Below, in pieces: positions 40,223 through 54,100 of a stretch of DNA of 64,000 bases. The translations under genes and the position numbers were made by a program. Origin of the DNA: Vermamoeba vermiformis (lineage: Eukaryota); the NCBI GenBank assembly GCA_045837725.1, contig JBEWZL010000298.1, positions 1-64,000 on the forward strand, read 5' to 3'. Position 1 is the first letter of the stretch. The number at the start of each line of letters is the position of its first letter. Below the pieces are notes generated by a model. It had not been told where the DNA came from. It saw nothing but the letters and a program-made list of their open reading frames with translations, and made no database searches.

Positions 40223-41004
40223 CTTGTGTTGTGTAATTGTGTGTTGATTGGAATTACGGTGTGAAAAATTTATTTATATCTTTTCCGTTACCGATCACGT
40301 GACTGCCGATAACTAAATTATTAACTGTCGGCAAAGATTTGCGCGAGATTGCAATAATAATTATGTGTGAATTGATTTAGAATTCGCTCGTGACATCATT
40401 GTCTAACGCAAATTACATTGTGAGGACAGAGCCAGACAGACTAAAGACTACGTCGGTCAGATCCTCACCGCATCCTCACTAGTCGAGCCGCCACAGCGGA
40501 AGAACTCGCAGAAACTGAATCGACACGAGTTGAATCATAAGCTTTCGTGTGTAAATCAGTCATTAGTCTTCACAGTCTTCGAAGACTCGATTCTCCTTAA
40601 AGCATTGCAGTAGTTTCGTTAGCGATAAAAATAATTATTGGATAATCTCCGCTGAGCTCGTGAAAAGAAGCCCGAAGTTCTTTCGCATGGAATTCTAATT
40701 CTTCTGTGTTGCGCGCACAATCAACTCAGTCATCATCGAATACAACTTGTGAAATAAGCATCCTGAACGTTCGGCGGACGAACAACCCGTGACCCAGATC
40801 CAGGGCTGCAGCTTATCAGCTCAAACTGTACTCTCCTATCGCTCTCTACAAGATTTTATTGGTTACAGCTCAACCAGCGTGTAAACAGGCCTCGAGCCAA
40901 AGATATGAAGTAATCGTTTGGAGGAGTTCCCTGGCGTTATTTCTGTTGATTAGTTTTTATTTCAAAACTATCTCGCCGTTGAGGACGATAACGATACTAA
41001 GAAC

Positions 41005-41060
41005 AACACTGTAGTCTAAGATAGCACAGTAGACTAGCACAGTAGACTAACACTGTAGCT
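41005..41060. repeat. Short degenerate 13-bp tandem repeat (AGCACAGTAGACT/AACACTGTAGTCT)
   Basis: Two identical and two variant copies in an intergenic stretch. Confidence 0.6.
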
Positions 41061-41620
41061 AGTGCAGTAGTGTTGGTTGTGTCAGTGGTGTACTGGCCTT
41101 CACACACCTGTGTTGGATGGTAACGGTCAAATGCGAAACGGCGTTAGTGATCGAGATGAACATTCAGACACGGAATCAATCCCGTATGAATTAATTATAT
41201 TATCTCAACACAGCAAGTGAAGTTAATTACCGTAAGACTAACTGAAGCTTGCGCATTTACATCTGCCCTTTTGATTAGTGAATTCGGCTATCACAACGAA
41301 GTTTAATTACATAATTATTGGTAGGTTTTTTTTGCAATTATTTACTACCAACAAAGAAAAAAATTTTTGAATCTTGTGTACTGTGATGTTGCCGTCTGCT
41401 CGGCGATCTCTGAGCAACTGAGGCATTGCATCGAATGTGGTTAACGTAGTCGTGTTCGGCATATTGAAAGGCATTGATATTTTTCGATAACTTTTTCGCG
41501 TTGTGCATCCGCAGACTTTCAGTTTGGGAACTTCAAATTTGCCTACCGCGCGGAGCCGGAACAGAGCTGATACGCGGAAAGAGACATACATAAATACCAG
41601 TAGCATACTATTGTTCTATC

Positions 41621-42455
41621 ATGTGGAAACTAGTCACAGCACTCGCAGTGTCAACTACAACTGTAACCAGCGCCATCTACGCATCAAACTCGCGCAGCAA
41701 CACTACCGACGTAGCAGCAGCAGTCAGCCAAAAAACAATGAAGCCAGCCGTATTGAAGGGTATCTATTATATTCAGAATTAATTATCAGACTTGGATTTA
41801 GCAATATACTAATTACCGTTTTTTTCAGAGCATCCAGTTTATCAGGAGATGAAAAGCAGCGAGCACCTAAAGAAATTACGTAAATTTACTACAGAGGAGC
41901 GCGAACGACATGGCTTTAAAGGTAACAGATCAGATCCCGATGCGTTTGACATTTTTTGATTGCCGACTAAGTTAATTAACTTGCAATCTAATAGGCCAAT
42001 CATTTACTGCCGACAACAAAGTCAGCATGGTCTACTTCTGGAACCCGAGCGAGAAGCAGTTCCATGGTCTCGTTCACTTTTCCAACCTCGCAGAGGGTCC
42101 GATCGGATGTGCTCACGGTGGATCCATCGCCACTGTGCTCGATGAGAGGTGCGTGTGATGACATTGTCCTAATTATACTGCGCATGTGTTTAATAATGTT
42201 CTCAGTTTTGGTCGCACGGTGTTCGAGGCAGAGGGAATTGCAGTCACAGCAAATCTGAACGTCAATTACAAAAAATTTGTACCGCTCGATTCAACGAAGA
42301 AAATTGAAGCTAAAATCGATCGAGTAGAGGGCAAGAAAGTATTTGTCAGCGGCAAAATCGTGGATCCAATCGATGGCACGGTACATTCAGAAGGTACAGC
42401 CTTATTTATCAAATACGACTATTCAAAACACGCCAATCAAAACAAAAAAGACTAA
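41621..42455 (+). CDS. THEM4-like hotdog-fold acyl-CoA thioesterase
   Basis: EGPIGCAHGGSIATVLDE and VTANLNVNYKKFVP motifs; possible targeting peptide. Confidence 0.9.
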
Positions 42456-42775
42456 ATAGAGCACTTGTACATATATTCAACGCACTGTAACAAATAAACT
42501 GTAAATAATACAACACGTTATTAGATTACAACAGTTTGATCTGAACACGATAAATGGGTGAATGCGGACAACAGGTAAATAAAGATATTTATGACAGACA
42601 TTGATATTTACAATGGCCAATAGGACCTCGATATGAAATGTACAATCCTCGCAGAAAAATAAATAATTACAACAGGGAAAATTGAGCGCGTTAGTTACAA
42701 GCCGAAATAAAATTGAATGGCGAATGAATAGCGAAGTGGTTCGAATATATATCACAGTGATTATGAGGGGGCTAT

Positions 42776-44786
42776 TTACAGGGAGGTGTTGAGCAAGTTG
42801 AATCCGTCTTCGTGCTGCAAATGACACGTGTCAATTAGGGTGTCGCGTAACTATGTGAAATTTCATACCTCAGCGGGGGTAAAGCGGCGATAGTTGGGCA
42901 GTGAGCCGTGCTGCGAAGAGGGCGCGGCATTGTCAGTCGAGAACTGCTGCTGCTGCTTGAGCCACTTGATCTCTTCGGCCTGCTGCACCACCACGCTGCA
43001 AATAACACGTGTCAGTACCACAGATATTTTCACTGAACTTGCGTGGTGTCAAAGTCTACTCACCGCTGCAGTTTGACAATCAGTTCGTGCTGTTTGCGCA
43101 TCTTCTGCTCGAGTTTGTCGTACTGCTGCTGATTGATCTCCAAGAACTTTTTGATGGGTTCGTAGCGACACGACTCGCGCAGATGAGTGCCGAGCTCTGA
43201 CCGATTGCCGCGGTACTCGCAGCCATATTCTTTGTGCAGACAATGGACCTTCACCAGCGGACATTCGCGCTGCAAGTGTTGTTTGAGCTGTTTGCGCCTG
43301 AACACGGCCTCGCAGTTGTTCGGGCACGTGATTTGTTCTTCGGGACAGTGCGCGCGATGTTCGGCGGAATATTGCTGCAGATAGTGCGAACTGCACAGTG
43401 GGCAGGTGATCACTTTGAATGAACAGACTGCATCGTGACTGGGCTGATCTTTCTTTCTGATTTTAGCGCCGCAGCCCCGATTGGGACAGTCCACCAGTTC
43501 ATATTGACAGTTCTCCACGTGTGATTTCAATTCGCTGACTGGCACGATGGCGGGACAACCATCCGCGTCTAATAATAGAATCATGAGCGGGGGTGATCGC
43601 TAAAGTATAGTACTGCATACCAGGCACCCAGAAGTCGTTCAGATCCAAAAAGAAATCTCCTTCATCGACGCGTGGTGCACCGCCAGGCACGGGCCAATTG
43701 AACTCAATGCGATCAGTGCTCGACACGTCATCTGCTTCAGTGCGCAGTCGTACTCCCCACCGACACCTCGCTGGCAGCACTTCGATTGCCTAATTAGGAA
43801 GTCAATTTCAGTTGATACACTTGTTATGGCAAGAGCCAAACTAGACATACTTCAACTATCTCCTGATTGACGGGCAGTTCTTTTGGACCACCTTTGGGAA
43901 ATTTCATGACGTCGCGACAGAGCGGACAGTAATTGCTGTGTGCTTGACCTGACGTCCAGACTTGCTCGAGACACGGGCCACAGAAAATGTGACCGCAGCC
44001 TGGAAGAGAGCGCGGCAGTTTGAGCAGTTCATTGCACACTAAGTGCAGGTCAGTGACGCGTGTTCAGTGAAACAGATCACGGGACTTACCGGCGCAAATC
44101 GCCCACGACGGCACGCGCACCAAGAGGTCGTCAGTGGTGGGTGCGTGCAAGTAGTGACTGAGCGGCGAGAGACCAGTCTCTGAGGGCTGCGAGCTCTGAC
44201 TCGAGTTGAGTGGCGTGCTCAGACTCGTCGGGGTCACTAATATGTCGCGCGGACTCGTGGCCCCTTGTGCTGGTGAGGCTATGACACCTGTCGCGGCAGT
44301 GCGGTCATTGACAGGTGTCTTCTGAAAGATGTCTTTGATTGCTTCACTGAAACTCTTGCTCCGTTCACGAATGATGGTGAGCACGGACATGGGTGACTGG
44401 CGCTGATTGGTGTTCGAATTGGTGTTGCTCTCAGCCTGGATCGGTATCGGCGCAGTGCTGTCAAACAAGTTCTCGTCCATATTTACAGTGTTGTTATTGT
44501 TGGTGTTGTTATTACTCCGCGCATTGCTGTTGGCTGGAGAGTAATTCATATTTACAGATGTGCTCGAGTACGTGGGGGCACTGCTACCCGGTGTAATGTA
44601 CGTGTTGTAGTTGTTGTAGTTGTAATTCCGCCGCGAGAATATTAATCGGTCTGAAAACAGTTTGTTGCCGGACAAAGTTCGCGCTGCGTTTGTGTTGTTG
44701 TTGTTTGTGGATCGACGCTCTGATGTTGGTTGGCGCGAGCCGTCATCTTGTGTTAGAAGCTCGTCCCAATCCTCTTCGTCTAGCAT
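42776..44786 (-). CDS. TRAF-like RING finger + TRAF-type zinc fingers + coiled coil (no MATH domain)
   Basis: RING (C..C...LPGCGHIFCGPC...CPLCR), tandem CPNRGC/CPLC/CPNNC fingers, Asn-rich N-terminus. Confidence 0.85.
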
Positions 44787-45499
44787 ATTGATTTCCTATC
44801 CCCTTTCAAGATCTGAGTAAAATTACAATTATTAATAAAAACAATTTTAGATGAAATAAATTGAGGCTGTAATAAAAATGAAAATAAGAAATTTGGAACA
44901 TATAACACGCATATAAATTTTTTTAAGCAAAGAAACAGATAAATACAGCCTCAAACAAAAGTTCAGTCTTTAGATTTACCGAATCGAGGGCAAATTGATT
45001 CTGTCGTGCAGTATACAAAGGTCTAGTACCGAAAACTCGTACAATATATGTGATTCGTCCGTATTTTGATATAGTTGAACGAGTTGTGTTGGTGTTAATC
45101 GAGTTTTTTTGTTGTTTAGAAAATTCGTAATCGCTGCATCACCCCACGAATTGACGAATGGCTGCAGAGAGTGAAGATCGGATGATGTGCTATCGAGAAG
45201 AATCAAGTAAGGTCCTTGCAAGAACGAGAAGAATCTTTTTCTTCGCGCAATCAAATGTCGATCCGTCAATCGAGGGTAAAAATAGAAAATCCTGAAATTG
45301 CAGCGATTTGGACAAGTGACAATTGATCCTTGGATATTATTTATCGAAGAGGTGTACATGAATTGACTTCTGCGACTTAGCCGCATGACTGCAGAAATTT
45401 CTAGCAAATTGCTCGTAAATCCGGTTTGAGTTCAAACAATTTTAACTGTACATGGTGTCTGTTACAACAAATGCAGTATATATAATACATGGTTCGACG

Positions 45500-48125
45500 T
45501 TAATCATCGTTCAATTCATCATACTCGGGTTCCCAAACCTGCAGATGTCCCTGATCGTCGTAGACAGCTTTGGCTTGTTTGGACCAGACGCGCGTGAGGG
45601 CAATAGAGACGGTGATAGGTATCTCGCCAGTCAGCTCTTGCATGGCCTGACACACTATCTCTTCAATCATGCGTGACTCCTCGTTCCAGTCGCAGGTCTC
45701 GGGTATCTCCAGCAAGATCTCGTCGTGAATGAAGCCGACCAACTTGTACCCGACTTGCATCAGATTCCACATCGCTAACTTGGCACCGTCAGCTGCGAGG
45801 CCTGAGAACGGTGTGTTGCACGCTTGAGTGAAGCCAACTCGACCGCGGATGCGGCCAGTGAGCGTGACAGTCGCGCGTCCAAACAGTCGCTTGAAGAGCT
45901 CTTCGTTGCCCGTCACTTCAGGCTGCGACACGTGCGAGGACAGTGTGCGGTACAACTCGCCCGTGCGACACACTTCCATGAGTCCGTTCCACACTTTCTT
46001 GACAAAGTAGGGGTTGTAGGGCTTGGAGTCTTTCTTTCTTATCGCTTGACCGCGCACAATGTTTCTGATGCCACCAGCCACGGCAGGAGATCGCTTTTTG
46101 TTCCACGAGAACTTGCGCCAGCACGTGTCAACATCAACGCCCAAGTTCTCAGCGAGCGTGTCCATCTCGGACTCTTTCAAGTAGTGACTCAGCTCGGGGT
46201 ACACGCGCTCAATCAACATGGCACGGAACTTTTCGGCCTCTGCAAGGACGAGGAATATGAGTCAGTGGCCTAGTGTAATAGAGAGAGGGTCATTTACCTT
46301 CGGGCTCGAGTGCGACACCATAGGCTTGTTGTGCATAGACACTCAGACCATTCGCTGTGAGACCGCTCGGAATGCCGAAATTAATCGCTTTCGCTTGCTG
46401 TCTCAACGAGCCGAACTTCTTCTTGAGCTCTGCATTGTCTTTCCACGTCATGAACTCGGTCAGGGGCACGCCTTCAATCATTGCAGCTGTGAAGCAGTGC
46501 GGGTCAATGCCTTGAATGATCACATCGGCCAGCACTGAGAAGCCGTAACGAGCCTTGCACACAGCAGCGAGGGTGCAGAGCTCGATGAAGTCGTAGTCGA
46601 GGGCCACTAACACGTGACCAGGCGAGGCCTTGAAAATCTCGCGAAATCCTCCCTTGCGCGGAGTCTGTTGAATGGGCGGGTTGTGCGCTGATGTGCGACC
46701 ATTGCGCTTGATGACAGAGTACTCGGGGTGTGCTCGATCAGATTGCAAGTGCGACAAGAATGCAATGTAATGCGCCGCTTGTTCCATGTCAATCCACGTG
46801 CGAATGAACTCGTTGTAGTCTGCGTACTCTTGCCAGATCTTGGTCGAGGTTGAAATTTTGGGGCCAGTGGGAGTGATTTTTTCGGGGATAGTCACGGCAA
46901 TGTTGTACGTGTCTCTGATCTCTTGCGCGGCTTCTTGCAGCAGTTCTTCCAATCTCTTCGTGATCACTGCTGGCTTCTGCGTGTCGCCCTCGCGTTGTGG
47001 CACAATGACACCGTCCTTGACAGTCAAATCGAACAGTCCTTGGTACTTGGTGTTGGCAATCAGCTTCTGCACTGCGGCCATCATTCTCTTCTCGAGCTTT
47101 TGTCGTGCTTTGTCGACGCGTGTCAAATCAATGCTCATGCCGTTCTTGGTGATGTCCGCCAATACAATGGCGCCCTTGACTTGAATGCCCTCGCTCAGTG
47201 GTCCATAAGCATCGAGGGCATTCACGAACATTTCTTCGTTGAGTTCGTTCATCAGACCTACGGCGAGTTGATACAACTTCTCGTAGACGATTTTAATCAC
47301 AATTGCATCGCGAACAGCGACTTCAGTCAGCTCCAAGTCTTCGTGAATGGGTGGCTTGTTGCTGCAACTCAAATGTCAATTACGAGCGTCAAAAAAGTAA
47401 ATTTTTCAACTTACGCCATGAATTTGTAGCTCGTGGACTCTTCATAATGACGCTTGCCGTATTTGTAGCGATCAGTCGCAAGTCGCAAGTCACTGAACTC
47501 CTCTGCGATTGCTTCCAACTCGCGACGAATGGTGTACTTGTCGTCCAGTGCTAATCTGACGAGTATGTCCAACAAATGAACATCACGCATGCGACATTCA
47601 TTGACAATCTCCCACCACCACTCCAAGGCCTCGGCCGCATCGTTATCCGCAAAGTAGGTGCGCATTAAATGGAAATCCAAGGCTGCATCTTGACACACAA
47701 AACAATAGTCCTTGTGGTGCTTTACAAAATCAGCCAAATGATTTTTTGGCACGACGCAATGTTGTTCTCCTGATTATAAAGCATAAATATCTAGTCTTCG
47801 GTCGCAGTTAATTTCTTATAAATTTACCTGTGCTTGCTACGGCAAATAAAACGTTGTCTTGCAAAGGGCGCAATCGGTCTTCTTTAGTAAAATATTTGAT
47901 ATACTCTTCGTCCTCAGCTCCTTTAATTATTAATTTAAAAGCCAGAAATTTGGGCTCTGGAGCAGTTAAAGATCCGTGCTGTGGTTTCCATATGAAGAAG
48001 TTGTGTTGTGATTGTGATACCACTGTAGGATAATATTCGGTGATTTCTTCTTCACTCGGCAAAGGCTCAATCGATTCTTCAGAGCGAGCTGAAGGGATGA
48101 CAGCTTGGATCGCAACTTCAGTCAT
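45500..48125 (-). CDS. Family A DNA polymerase, bacterial/phage-like type, degenerate 3'-5' exonuclease domain
   Basis: GRTSAHNPPIQQTPR, motif A DYDFIEL, motif B RQQAKAINFG, NTPFSGLAAD, motif C FIHDEIL; 3 GT-AG introns. Confidence 0.92.
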
Positions 48126-48359
48126 CGGTTAACGTGCAAATTACCTCTTACGCTAAAATAAATAATTAAGGTGCGCTTCAGTTGAGGTAACGCAGTAAAG
48201 CAAATGAAAAAAATAAAAAAAACAAAGTTCTTTTCCTGGAAGTGAATTGAATGGTCTTTTTGTTTTTTTTGCGCTCTTCTTCTTTTTTAGCATTTCAAAA
48301 CTTGCAATCAACAACAGCTCCAGATATATCTTATTTATTGCTGGGTATACAAGACAAAA

Positions 48360-50916
48360 ATGGAGTATGAAGCGCCAAGCCCAATGACGTAAGTACTATT
48401 CAACCGCCATTGATTTTATTTTACCAAAATATATTAATTAATTTATTTTGTTAGTGCCGAACAAAAGGCATTGATTGCACAGGAAGATGATGCTCGAACT
48501 TTATTCGCAGATAACCCCAACTCGTCTCAGATCTCTGATCCACACTTGCTGCTTCTTAATGTTTACGACAACGCAGACAATTTCAAATATGAAGATGAAA
48601 CTCCTGAAGAGGTAATTAAAAAGCAGAATAGCAACGCAATAATATTCAAAGGCGAAATTCTAACTTCTACGAAATCTATTTAGAAAAAAGTGCCCAAGTT
48701 GTTGACTCAAGAACGAAAGCTCGGTCTTACTGGCCCATCTATATTGCCTAAGGAAGATTTTTTGAAAAATTGGAATCAGTTCACTGGAGGCATCTTGGAT
48801 GGTCTTGACTGGACAAACGTCTTTGCTGCTGGTGGTGCTATTTTGGCTTGCCTTTCTAAGGAACAAGAAGGATACAAGAGCTCAGATATTGATCTTTTTG
48901 TTTACGGTCTGGATAATGACGAGGACGCCAACAGAAAGGTAAATCCAAGCTCACAAAAATATCTTGTGCATCCAAAACTTATTTTTCTGATGTTCGTTTA
49001 ATTAGTTGAAACAAATCCACAGCCTTGTCGTGAGCAACACTAAGGGTGCTGGAGAGGTGATCAGAACGAGCAGAGCAGTCACCATTCTCAACTCCTATCC
49101 TTACCGTCACGTGCAGATCATTCTTCGTCTCTATCGCTCGCCTGCTGAAGTGCTCTTAGGCTTTGATATTGACGCCTGCACATTTGGCTTTGATGGTCGT
49201 GATGTCTGGGCTATGGAGCGTGGTCGTCGTGCCCTCAACAAGCGCTACAACTTGGTCAACAAGTCGCGCCGTTCAATGATTTACGAACAACGTCTCTTCA
49301 AGTACAGCAAGCGTGGCTTTGCTGTGGCAGTGCCCAACTTGGACAAATCAAAGGTCGATCCTGCGTTGTTCAACAAACGATTCAAAGAGCTCGGTGGCTT
49401 GGCCAAGTTGCTGTGGTACGATCGCAAGGCCAATTTGAACAAAGCCAACGGCAGTCCCAACTTGAAGAAGAAAGGTGGCGACGGTGAAGAAGGCGAGATG
49501 TCAGACTACAACGGAGAACTGCCCATTCCTTGGGGTCCCAACTGGGAGTCTGGTCAAATCATTCAAATGTTGAACAACCGCGACAAGACTCATTTCTTCG
49601 CCAACTATCGTCGTGCCAAGAAAGAAGGCGTGGATGTCAAGCAGAAGAAGCATCACCACATGTTCATCACTGGTATTGATCAGGCTATTGTTGGTGGCTC
49701 GTTCTGGTGCCGCTTGTGTCAAAAGAAAATGTACTTGGACGAAAACGACAGCACGGGCAAATACGTCAAGAAACCAATCGAGTGGATCAAAAACAACCCT
49801 GCCTATCAAGACATTGACAACGGCTTCAAGCGCTCGTTGATGACTGGTGCATTCAACTTGCCCATCGAAGAGAACTGGGAGCTCGGCGCTTATGTCGGTT
49901 CAGGTGTCGCGAGCACGCAAGTCACTGGCCTCTCGAGCAACACTGGCGGAGTACCTGCCTCGAGTGCTCCTCGTGCTGCAGAACCACAATTCGCTGCTTC
50001 AGTGCCTTCGTGGATCCCTCCTGTCGCTCCTGCCACACCCACCAGAGAACCATTGGCCACTCCCTCGGTGCCCTCATGGATTCCACCTACTAGCGCCAGC
50101 TACTCACCCGAATCACCGCCCGAGAAGTTCAAGCCCTCCTCGTACTCCGTGCCCTCGTACATTCCTCCCGCTGTCAAGACACCTGTTGCCACCGCTGCTA
50201 AGAAGGGTGGCGATGAAAAATTCAGCTGCGCAGTGTGCAACAAGACATTTTACTCTGAGAATCAGAAGCGCAAACACGTGAGAGATTCGGGACACTTGCA
50301 GCCGATGGGTGCCGCTGAGCCCGAGAGTCCTGGCTACTACCCCGCACCTTCCCTCTCTGCTCCCACCACCTTCGCCACTGTCGGTGCCAATCAAGCCTCG
50401 TTGTCTGGCTTTGGTCCTCAACCCGGTGCCACTTCGTCGTTCTATCAACTCTCTCCCGCGCAACAACCACAGAGCTCGCAGCGCATTGAAGACTTCCAGC
50501 CTCTACTCAGCACACCTGTCAGCAACAAGTACGACATCCCTTCGGCCTATCAACAGCCGCGTGCCTCGCCCTCGTCATTCAACATTGGCTCTTCAAACAC
50601 GAGCTCGTCAGTGCCGCAATACACCGCACCTCAACCAGTGCAATACAGCGCACCTATTGTCTCGCAATCAGTGTCCGTGGGCAATTACAGCAGTCACGAA
50701 CAGAGCGGTGAAGTCAGACCCACCACCAAGCTGTTGATGCTCGTCGCATTGTGCTTCAAACAAGGTGCTATTAATGCTCAAGAGAAGGGCAGATTGAAAG
50801 ATTTGATTATTGCCGGCAACGAGCTGATCTACTCTGCAGTGGAGGTCTATTTGATCGATCAAGACCTCGATGAACTCGTTGACACTTTCAAGCGCATTTG
50901 CCGATTGTCTAATTAA
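48360..50916 (+). CDS. Pol-beta-superfamily nucleotidyltransferase-like protein with C2H2 zinc finger and C-terminal helical domain
   Basis: AAGGAILACL...SSDIDLFVYG, QIILRLY...FDIDAC, RLFKYSKRGF; C2H2 CAVCNKTF...HVRDSGH; P/S-rich linker. Confidence 0.8.
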
Positions 50917-51189
50917 GTTGTAGACTAATCGGTCTTGTCATATATAACCTTTTTGTATTTTCATAAATGTTTGAATCGAAGCCAATCGTCCTACGTTCCT
51001 GGTTCTGTTAAGCCTTTCGAAAGAGTTAAATCACCTTAAAGCTTTCTATTGCTTTCGAGGCGATGGTTGAGAAGAATATAACGATCACTGCTTTTTTTGA
51101 AAATTTTGGTGTTTTTTTTGACTGCATTGTAAAGCATCAGATTCGAATTCTATTTACAGAGCAGTATTCGTTAATTTGCAATTCACTGA

Positions 51190-54100
51190 TTACTTGCGCT
51201 TCTCTTTCTCCAACGAATTGGATCGCGATGAATGCGCAGAGCGTTGTTGCACCAGCACGCGGTGTTGCATGGTCTGCAGTTCTCGCTGTAACTCGGCCGT
51301 GATCAGCGTGGAGATGTTGATGGTCCACTCTTGCTTCTGCTTCTCAGTGCTCGCTTGCAGCACATAGGTCTTGTTGGCAATGGTCAGTGCGAACCCTGCG
51401 TGATATTAGCGAGCGATTCATGAACGAGTGCGACAGGTGGATCATACTGGTGGCAGACAGATTGGGCTCGAGTGTGCAGTCAGCGAGGGCAAACTGTTTC
51501 TTCAGCTCGTACTGCAGCTTGCCACTGCTCGTCTTGCGCGGCTTGGTGATGAGCAGCATGTCGTTGAACAGAAACACGTGACATGCCACTTGCTGTTTTT
51601 GGGCATTGATAAAGAACAGCGCGCCCTCAGTCTTGTAGGTGCGGTGCGGGGCAGTGATTGACACTTGCTGACGTGTCTTGCTGTCACCCTCGCCGTACAC
51701 GAGCAGCTGTTGTATTTGCAGCACCACTTGATTGCTGTCGCGCTGTCGCTTCTTTTCGTTGATCAGATCTGCGGTGTGCTGTGTTTGACACGTGTCAATG
51801 CATGAACAACACGGAACTGTGACTCACCTTGATTTGCTGTGCCGCGGACAAGAGTTCATCGTCGTACGAGACTGAATTGCCTGATTTGGTCAATTCTTCC
51901 AACAGCAGCACGTAGCGCGGTATACGCTGCACGGGCATGATGAGGTAATCGGCCAGGGACAAGCGCCCTGGACTGCCTCCCGCTGAGGGCTGACCTGCGC
52001 ATTTCTGGTGGCACGTTATTACTAAATTTGGTAATTGAATCAGACTTACATCGATAAATTCCTTGAACGGCTTTTGTTTCATGAATTCTTTGAGTAATTC
52101 CGCTGCTGTCTCAAAGTCGTTGCAATAGTCCGCGTATACTTTGAGATACTCGCTCTAAATATGGTCATTAGCCAAAAGTATCATATGATCTAAAAATAGC
52201 CTTACAAATTTGTTGAACACGTGACCGAGTCGTGGTGCACTGGGCCGGAGATCGCGTTCAGATTGCAATTCAGTGAATAGCTGTTGATTGATGTTCAGCA
52301 GCACTGGCAGATTTGAGAACAGTCGTTTGACATCTGTCACACTGATCACGTGACTCGCTGTCAACAGCGGATTCATGAACCGTTCAATCACCGTTTGCAG
52401 ACTGTTCACGTAACTGCGCTCTGTTTGCAGAATTTCATCGATCACGTGATGATACTTCTCGCTGCTGCCTGATCGCGTCACGTGATTGCGCGCAGCACTC
52501 GTGTTGACACCTGTCACCGTGAGGTGATCGCGATGAATCACCACGGGACTGGCACAGTGCACGGTCAGTACAAATTTGGCAAGTAGCCCTGGTTGAAGAG
52601 TCGATGGCACGATGTACCACCACTCGTCGGCACGGTCTATTTTTAGCTCCACTCCGACCTCACGTGCTCGCTTGTACTCGCTGGAGGTCACAATCTCGCC
52701 GCGTGTCATTGGTGCGGTGGCGTCGTTGACACGCAAGATGTCAAACCCAATATGGTGAAGTGTCAAATCGGAGTCTGCGCTCTGCTGCAACAACACCGTG
52801 CACGGCCCTGGTTGAGCCACGTGCACGAGACACCATGGATTCTGCATCCACGCACTGTCACGTGATTCGCGCGCACCACCAGAGCACGTGCTCGTCCACG
52901 CCGCAGCGAACTGCACCGAGTGCCAGTAGTCACGTGCTGCACGTGTCATGTCATCGAGTGTCACGTGCTCGGTGCTGCTAATGATCAATTCGTAGTCTAG
53001 TTCCAAATTAGGAAATTCCGTGAACGGAACAACCACGTAGTCAGTGCGAGTGTCAAGGGGCACGTGATGATCGATGAGATCGGAGTGCTCCGATGACAGG
53101 GGCGGAGGAATGACGTGATCACGTGTCGTCAAGAGAAATTTCTTCTTAGCTCCCAATGGCAGCGAAGAATTCACTGCATAACTGCAAAGACCAATCGACT
53201 CGTTGACTCTCTTGGCTGATTTGTCTGGCCGTTGAATCTGCGCTATAATTAGCTTCAATGGATCAACGAGCAACTTACCAAGATGAGCGAGGTATTTGCC
53301 AGCTTTGTCTCGCTATTTGGAAATTTCAGCAAATAATGTGGATTATTCCGCCACGTCACGTGATCCAGTCCTCCACCAGATGTCTCTTTGCTCCACTTGC
53401 CTTTTATGGCAGTCATCTTTCGTTGCGTGACTTTGCTAATCGTCACGTGGCACGTGCTTGATGTTGACAGGGCTGTCAAAGTGAAGTTTCCACCGCTGGA
53501 GTGACGGACCAGCGGAATAATTGTTATCTTGTCGCAATCTCCCAAACAGAAATCTATTTCGGGCTCTCTCTCACGCGCTATCTTGAGTATGGCAGTGCCT
53601 TTACCATATTTAGTAGTCAACACCGCTGATCTCAAATCGGTCAATTTGTCACGTGACTGCCATGGAGCCAGTGCCAGCCCTATTTCCAAATCAGGCAATG
53701 CACTGGTCAGCACGAGACTGAGCACGTGATTCGCCTCCATCAAGTCACGTGATCCATCAGCTTGTTGTTGCGGAATTTCATCAAGTGTCAAAGTGAAGTG
53801 TTCGTAGATGATTGAAGAGCGGATCTGACACGTCTGCACCAGCGGCGAGGTGACACCACGTGTCATGCAGTTGTTGGTGACAGTACTCAAGCTGTGGTCT
53901 AAAAATAAACGTCTGATCTGCGCACAGTGCTGTCACTGACACGTCAATCTCACATGTCAAACTCGCGTACGGAACAATCAGCCACATGTCACTCGTGTCA
54001 ACGGTCACACGCACTGCAAGTGTCAAAAGTGTCAAACTCAATCTTATACCGACAGATCACTTACCAGTGTGCGAGGCAGCAGCCCTGGTTGAGAATCGTT

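Noticed and set aside
41005-41060. CRISPR-like array
   Set aside because: Repeats are 13 bp and essentially adjacent, with no unique spacers and no cas genes, in eukaryotic DNA.
44976-45407. 143-aa ORF between the TRAF-like and PolA genes
   Set aside because: No recognisable motif; it ends at a plausible splice donor, so it is more likely a 5' UTR exon of the TRAF-like gene. Not fully excluded.
45500-50916. Intact endogenous virus or Polinton
   Set aside because: No capsid, integrase, packaging ATPase or terminal repeats; both genes carry host-type introns.
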